Assembly (NCBI GenBank): GCA_963674965.2
Contig: CAXXFL010000005.1
Span: forward strand, 640,001-704,000
Source of the DNA: a bacterium
GTDB taxonomy: Bacteria; RBG-13-61-14; DATKZS01
Direction of reading: 5' to 3'
DNA length: 64,000 nt
In this document: positions 59,290 to 64,000 of the stretch, one piece after another
Layout of the letters: the number at the start of each line of letters is the position of its first letter
How positions within the stretch are numbered: the stretch's first letter is position 1
Notes under the pieces: model-generated
What the model saw: only the letters and a program-made list of their open reading frames with translations
Told to the model about the DNA's origin: nothing
Database searches by the model: none
Translations under genes and position numbers: made by a program

Positions 59290-59901
59290 GTGGCTGAAAT
59301 AAAGGCGGAAACCGTAAAGAAGCTTCGGGACAAGACCGGAGCGGGCATGATGGACTGCAAAAAGGCACTGGCCGAGACGGGCGGTGACCTGGAGAAGGCC
59401 ATCGACCTTCTTCGGACCAAGGGTCAGGCCACCAGCGACAAGCGCGCGGGCCGGACGGCCAAGGAAGGCATCGTAGCCAGTTACATTCACAACCCCGGCT
59501 GCAAGATCGGGGTGATGGTCGAGGTCAACTGCGAGACGGACTTCGTGGCCAGAACGGCCGAGTTCGAGACCTTCGCCCGCGACGTGGCCATGCACATAGC
59601 GGCCAGCAGCCCGCTCTACGTCGCGAGGGAAGAAGTCCCTCAGGACGTCATCGACCGGGAAAAGGCCATCTACAAACAGCAGGCCCTTGACGCCGGCAAG
59701 CCCGAGAAGGTCATGGACAAGATAGTGGACGGCAAGCTCGAGAAGTTCTACGGCGACGTGTGCCTTCTCGAGCAGCAGTTCATCAAGGACACGGACAAGA
59801 AAATCCAGGACATCCTGACCGAGCTGATAGGCAAAACCGGCGAGAAGATGCAGATCAAGCGTTTCGCCCGCTTCCAGGTGGGAGAGGGAGAAGAGGATTG
59901 A
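59290..59901 (+). CDS. tsf: Elongation factor Ts (short form)
   Basis: [26 protein letters not shown]. Confidence 0.97.
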   Translation: MAEIKAETVKKLRDKTGAGMMDCKKALAETGGDLEKAIDLLRTKGQATSDKRAGRTAKEGIVASYIHNPGCKIGVMVEVNCETDFVARTAEFETFARDVAMHIAASSPLYVAREEVPQDVIDREKAIYKQQALDAGKPEKVMDKIVDGKLEKFYGDVCLLEQQFIKDTDKKIQDILTELIGKTGEKMQIKRFARFQVGEGEED

Positions 59902-60620
59902 GCGAGGAACCGGCTTTTAAGCGCGCCCTCTTGAAGCTGTCGGGCGAGGCTTTTCAGGGAGGACTCGAGTTCGGGATCGACCTGACCATGCTCAACCGCT
60001 TCGCCTCGGAAATAGCCGAGGTCGCCGCCACGGGCGTCGAGTTGGCCGTGGTGGTGGGAGCGGGAAACATCTTCAGGGGCGTTAACGCCAGCAAGCAGGG
60101 ACTTGACCGGGTGGCCGCGGACTACATGGGTATGCTGGCCACCATTTTAAACTGCGTCGCCTTGCAGGACGCCCTCGAGAAGACCGGTACGCCCACCCGG
60201 GTGTTGTCGGCCATCGAGGTCCCCCAGATATGCGAGCCCTACATCCGGCGGCGGGCGATGAGACACCTGGAAAAGGGAAGGGTCGTCATCTTCGCCGCCG
60301 GCACGGGCAACCCTTATTTTTCCACGGACATGGCCGCGGCCCTTCGCGCGGCGGAGATAGGCGCCGAGGTTATCCTGAAGGCGACCAAGGTTGACGGCGT
60401 TTACGATAGCGACCCGGTCACCAATCCCGGCGCCGTCAAATACGAGCGTCTCACCCACATGGAGGTGCTGAGGAACAACCTGAGGGTAATGGACGCGACG
60501 GCTATTTCCCTTTGCATGGATGAGGATTTACCCGTGATCGTTTTCAACCTGCTCGAGACGGGCAACGTTAAAAAGGCGATCATGGGAGAAAACATTGGAA
60601 CCAGGGTGGTCGTGGAATAA
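59898..60620 (+). CDS. pyrH: UMP kinase
   Basis: [32 protein letters not shown]. Confidence 0.97.
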   Translation: MSEEPAFKRALLKLSGEAFQGGLEFGIDLTMLNRFASEIAEVAATGVELAVVVGAGNIFRGVNASKQGLDRVAADYMGMLATILNCVALQDALEKTGTPTRVLSAIEVPQICEPYIRRRAMRHLEKGRVVIFAAGTGNPYFSTDMAAALRAAEIGAEVILKATKVDGVYDSDPVTNPGAVKYERLTHMEVLRNNLRVMDATAISLCMDEDLPVIVFNLLETGNVKKAIMGENIGTRVVVE

Positions 60621-60639
60621 CCGCCATAAGGAGGAACCG

Positions 60640-61206
60640 ATGTCGGAAATGCTCGACCTTATTCTCGATGAAATCGAGGACCAATCCTCGAAAATCCAGG
60701 ACAGCCTGAAAAAGCAGTTGGCCAAGGTCCGGACGGGACGGGCGTCCATCAGCATGCTCGACGAAATCAAAGCCGAGTATTACGGGGCTTTCACTCCCCT
60801 CCAGCAGATGTCCAATATAAGCATACCCGAGCCGAGGCTGATGGTTATCCAGCCCTTCGACCCGTCCTCCTTAAAGGACGTCGAGAAGGCCATACAGGCC
60901 TCGGACCTGGGTCTCAACCCGCACAACGACGGCAAGGTCCTGCGCATATCCATACCCGAGCTCACCGAGGAACGCCGAAAAGAGATGACCAAGATGGTCA
61001 AGAAAATCGCCGAGGAGCACAGGGTCTCGATCAGGCAGGTCCGAAGGGACGCCAACGCCGACCTGAAAAAGGCGGAAAAGGACAAGGAGATCACCGAGGA
61101 CGAGATGCACAAGGGGCTGGATAAAGTGCAGAAAACCGTGGACAAGGCCATCGAGACGATCGATAAAATCTCCGAGGCCAAGGAAAAAGAAGTCATGGAA
61201 ATATGA
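60640..61206 (+). CDS. frr: Ribosome recycling factor
   Basis: RTGRA, LGLNP, PELTEERR. Confidence 0.97.
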   Translation: MSEMLDLILDEIEDQSSKIQDSLKKQLAKVRTGRASISMLDEIKAEYYGAFTPLQQMSNISIPEPRLMVIQPFDPSSLKDVEKAIQASDLGLNPHNDGKVLRISIPELTEERRKEMTKMVKKIAEEHRVSIRQVRRDANADLKKAEKDKEITEDEMHKGLDKVQKTVDKAIETIDKISEAKEKEVMEI

Positions 61207-61355
61207 CCCGCCATGGGTCTTGGGCGGCCGCTGAAATTAAGCCCCGGCCACCGTATATACAGGGGAAGGGATTTAAATAGTTAGGGAACTAAAGGTCCAT
61301 AACCGCCCTCTTATCTTGAGACGGAAGGGGACCCGACCAGCCGGATAATATCGTA

Positions 61356-62090
61356 ATGGACCTTCAGCACATCGCCATCATCATGGACGGAAACGGGCGC
61401 TGGGCCAAAAAGCGCGGACTGCCAAGATCCGCCGGCCACCAGGAAGGCGCCAACGCGGCGGCCCGAATAACCCGGACCCTGCGCAAAATGGGCGTTCCTT
61501 TCCTCACCCTTTACGCCCTTTCCACGGAGAACCTCTTTCGGCCCCAGAAAGAACTGGACGCCCTCACCTCCCTCATGCGCAAGTACCTCGACGAGGAAGT
61601 GCCGAGGCTTTTAAAACACAACGTGAGGCTCAAGGTCATCGGCGACAGGTCACTTCTTCCCTCCGACCTGAGAAAGAAGATGGCCGCCGCCGAGGCCGAG
61701 ACGGCCAAGGACTTCATGATGACCCTGAGCCTGGCCATCTGCTACGGCGGCCGCGACGACGTGGTAAGGGCGATAAAGAAGCTGGCCGACAGGGTCCCTC
61801 TCAAGAAGATCGGGCCGGAGGATATAGACTCGGCCCTCGATACGGCCGGCGTGCCCGACCCGGACCTTATTATAAGGACGGGAGGAGAATACAGGCTGTC
61901 GAACTTCCTCACCTGGCAGAGCGCCTATTCCGAGCTTTACTTCACCAAGACCCTCTGGCCCGACTTCACCGCCGCCCATCTGAAGCGCGCCATGAAAAAA
62001 TTCAACATCACCGAGAGACGGTTCGGCCGCACCGACGACGCGGTCGGAGACCGGACCACCTCCGCCAAGATCAAGGGCAAGCTCAGATGA
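61356..62090 (+). CDS. uppS: Undecaprenyl diphosphate synthase
   Basis: HIAIIMDGNGRWA, STEN, YGGR, IRTGGEYRLSNF, RRFG. Confidence 0.95.
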   Translation: MDLQHIAIIMDGNGRWAKKRGLPRSAGHQEGANAAARITRTLRKMGVPFLTLYALSTENLFRPQKELDALTSLMRKYLDEEVPRLLKHNVRLKVIGDRSLLPSDLRKKMAAAEAETAKDFMMTLSLAICYGGRDDVVRAIKKLADRVPLKKIGPEDIDSALDTAGVPDPDLIIRTGGEYRLSNFLTWQSAYSELYFTKTLWPDFTAAHLKRAMKKFNITERRFGRTDDAVGDRTTSAKIKGKLR

Positions 62091-63238
62091 GACGAGTGGC
62101 GGTCCTGGGCAGCACCGGCTCGATCGGAGAGAACGCGCTCAGGGTCGTCGAGGCCGCGCCGAGCGAGTTCCGGATCGTCGGCCTGGCCGCGGGCAGAAAC
62201 CACGGCCGGCTCTCCGAGCAGATATCCAGACACCGTCCTCCCATAGCCGCGGTTTGCGCCGGGGAGGGCGAGCCCCTTTGCGCCATGCTCGAGGAGGCGC
62301 CCGCCGAGGTGGTGACCGGCGAGGAGGGCATGGTCCGCGTGGCCACTATGGAAGAGGCGGACATAGTGCTCATCGCCATCTCCGGCGCCGCGGCCCTGGC
62401 CCCCGCCTTCGCGGCGGTTCAGGCCGGCAAGACCGTGGCCCTGGCCAACAAGGAATGCCTGGTCATGGCCGGAGAGCTTATCCTCGAGACGGCCGCAAAA
62501 ACGGGCGCCATTGTCTTGCCGGTGGACTCGGAGCACTCGGGCGTCTTCCAGGCCCTGGCGGGAAGGCCCGTCGGCCAGGTAAGAAGGATCATCCTGCCCG
62601 CCTCGGGCGGCCCTTTCCTGGATACGCCCCTCGCGGAAATCGAGAAGGCTACTCCCGAGATGGCCCTCAACCATCCCACCTGGAACATGGGCAAAAGGAT
62701 ATCCATCGACTCCGCCACCCTCATGAACAAGGCCCTCGAGGTCATCGAGGCCAGGTGGCTCTTTAACGTCCCGCCCGAGCGGGTGGACGTGGTGATCCAT
62801 CCCGAGAGCGTGATCCACGGAATAGTCGAGTTCGTGGACGGGTCCATGGTGGCCCAGATGTCCGTGCCCGACATGAGACTGCCCATCCTGCGCGCCCTAT
62901 CCTGGCCGGGCCGCATGGACGCCGGACTTCCCCGGCTCGATCTGGCCGCCTTCGGCAGGCTGACCTTCCGGGAGGTGGACCATAAGAAATTCCCCGCCCT
63001 GGGCCTGGCCTACAAGGCCCTCGAGACGGGAGGGACCGCCCCCGCCGTCCTGGCCGCCGCCGATGAGGAGGCGGTCGCGGCTTTCCTCGATAATAAAATC
63101 CCCTTCGGCCGCCTCGTGCCCGCCATAGCCGAGGTCCTGGCCGAGCATAAACCCCAGCCCGCCGACTCCATCGCCCGGGTCATCGAGGCCGACCACTGGG
63201 CCCGGGAAAAAACCAGGGACCTTATTGACAAGGCCTGA
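62087..63238 (+). CDS. dxr: 1-deoxy-D-xylulose-5-phosphate reductoisomerase
   Basis: LGSTGSIG, LANKE, PVDSEH, HPTWNMG, SATLMNK. Confidence 0.97.
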   Translation: MRRVAVLGSTGSIGENALRVVEAAPSEFRIVGLAAGRNHGRLSEQISRHRPPIAAVCAGEGEPLCAMLEEAPAEVVTGEEGMVRVATMEEADIVLIAISGAAALAPAFAAVQAGKTVALANKECLVMAGELILETAAKTGAIVLPVDSEHSGVFQALAGRPVGQVRRIILPASGGPFLDTPLAEIEKATPEMALNHPTWNMGKRISIDSATLMNKALEVIEARWLFNVPPERVDVVIHPESVIHGIVEFVDGSMVAQMSVPDMRLPILRALSWPGRMDAGLPRLDLAAFGRLTFREVDHKKFPALGLAYKALETGGTAPAVLAAADEEAVAAFLDNKIPFGRLVPAIAEVLAEHKPQPADSIARVIEADHWAREKTRDLIDKA

Positions 63239-63254
63239 CGGCGAATACTAAACT
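63225..63254 (+). promoter_or_regulatory. sigma70 promoter candidate overlapping the end of dxr
   Basis: TTGACA-18-TAAACT. Confidence 0.45.
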
Positions 63255-63293
63255 GGCGCCATACCTTCAATCCACCACGGGAGGGCGCGATAA

Positions 63294-63569
63294 ATGCTAA
63301 GAAAACTGATCGTCGTCGCGGCGGTTTCCTTGTCGCTCGCCGGCTGCAAGTCTTTCAGGGAAGGCTACCGAAAGGGCTTTATCGAAAGCTGGGAGAAGAA
63401 CTTCGTGAAGTCCTGCGTCGGTTCCAACGACGCGCCCGAGCAAAGGGAGCTTTGTCAGTGCGTGGCGGCCCGGGCCGTCTCGGAACTCACGGTCGAGCAG
63501 CTTTCGGACGTGTCCTATACAACCAAATACATCCAGGATAATATCATGCCCGCCTGCCAGTCGGAATAA
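63294..63569 (+). CDS. Small Cys-containing lipoprotein
   Basis: Lipobox LAGC; four further Cys. Confidence 0.75.
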   Translation: MLRKLIVVAAVSLSLAGCKSFREGYRKGFIESWEKNFVKSCVGSNDAPEQRELCQCVAARAVSELTVEQLSDVSYTTKYIQDNIMPACQSE

Positions 63570-63587
63570 AAAGGCGGCCATCTTCGC

Positions 63588-64000
63588 TCAGTGCCGGCGC
63601 TTGGATCCCACGTCCGGGTTTTGCCTGAATTCCTCGATCGAGCAATAAACTCCGCCGGGAGTGTAGGCGGCCATCTCGCCGGTAATGGGACCCTCGGGAA
63701 GCACTCCGAAATCTCCAGCGTAGTCCGGGTCGGTCATAATGTTGCGCATGATGACGATGCCCTTTTTCATTTTCAATCCCACCCATTGTTCCGGCGGAAC
63801 GCAATCGGGCCGGGCGACTCCTCCGAACCCGACGACCAGTTGGCTCTCGCCGCTTGCAAGGCGCGGGACTTCCACGTCGCTCAGCGAGGTCTCGGTGGGA
63901 AACCCCGCGAAGTAAGAGGGGTCGCGGTAAGCGAAGGCCAGGCTCCAGTAGCGAGCGTCCACGTCGGACTTTATGGGTCCGCCCGCGTAGGATTCCTCCG
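63588..64000 (-). CDS. 3' part of a hypothetical protein (runs off the window)
   Basis: Frame open to the window edge; native codon usage. Confidence 0.65.
   Translation of the reverse strand, partial: EESYAGGPIKSDVDARYWSLAFAYRDPSYFAGFPTETSLSDVEVPRLASGESQLVVGFGGVARPDCVPPEQWVGLKMKKGIVIMRNIMTDPDYAGDFGVLPEGPITGEMAAYTPGGVYCSIEEFRQNPDVGSKRRH

Overview
A GC-rich bacterial chromosome segment, deltaproteobacterial-like (Desulfobacterota/Myxococcota-type) judged by gene content and order. In order: (1) a minus-strand ileS-leuD-leuB unit preceded by a sigma70 promoter and an unannotated 30-aa leader ORF rich in branched-chain residues; (2) an Omp85-type barrel fusion protein, a small hypothetical protein and a degenerate YfcE-type metallophosphoesterase; (3) a ~29-kb motility block made of a chemotaxis cluster (double-Hpt CheA with an MshEN-like motif, CheW, Cache MCP, CheR, CheD, HDOD, two CheY, two or three CheX-like proteins, CheB), a sigma54 regulatory module (FleQ/FlrA-like activator, TPR protein, FlrB/FlrC-like pair) and flgBC-fliEFGHIJ-motE-like-fliK-flgDE, with five sigma54 promoter motifs; (4) a serpin, an M19 dipeptidase and a methyltransferase; (5) the ffh-rpsP-KH-rimM-trmD-SPOUT-rplS-rnhB operon, interrupted by a membrane-anchored SMC/YhaN-like ATPase with Met-Pro-Gly repeats; (6) a complete IS with inverted repeats and target duplication, a lipoprotein, a sulfatase-like TPR protein and two secreted ankyrin proteins bracketed by a 69-bp direct repeat; (7) rpsB-tsf-pyrH-frr-uppS-dxr, with cdsA absent. 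The best candidates for novelty are the putative leaderless leader-peptide control of ileS-leuD-leuB, the CheA that may sense c-di-GMP, and the repeat-bearing ATPase. All calls come from reading motifs by eye; no searches were run.
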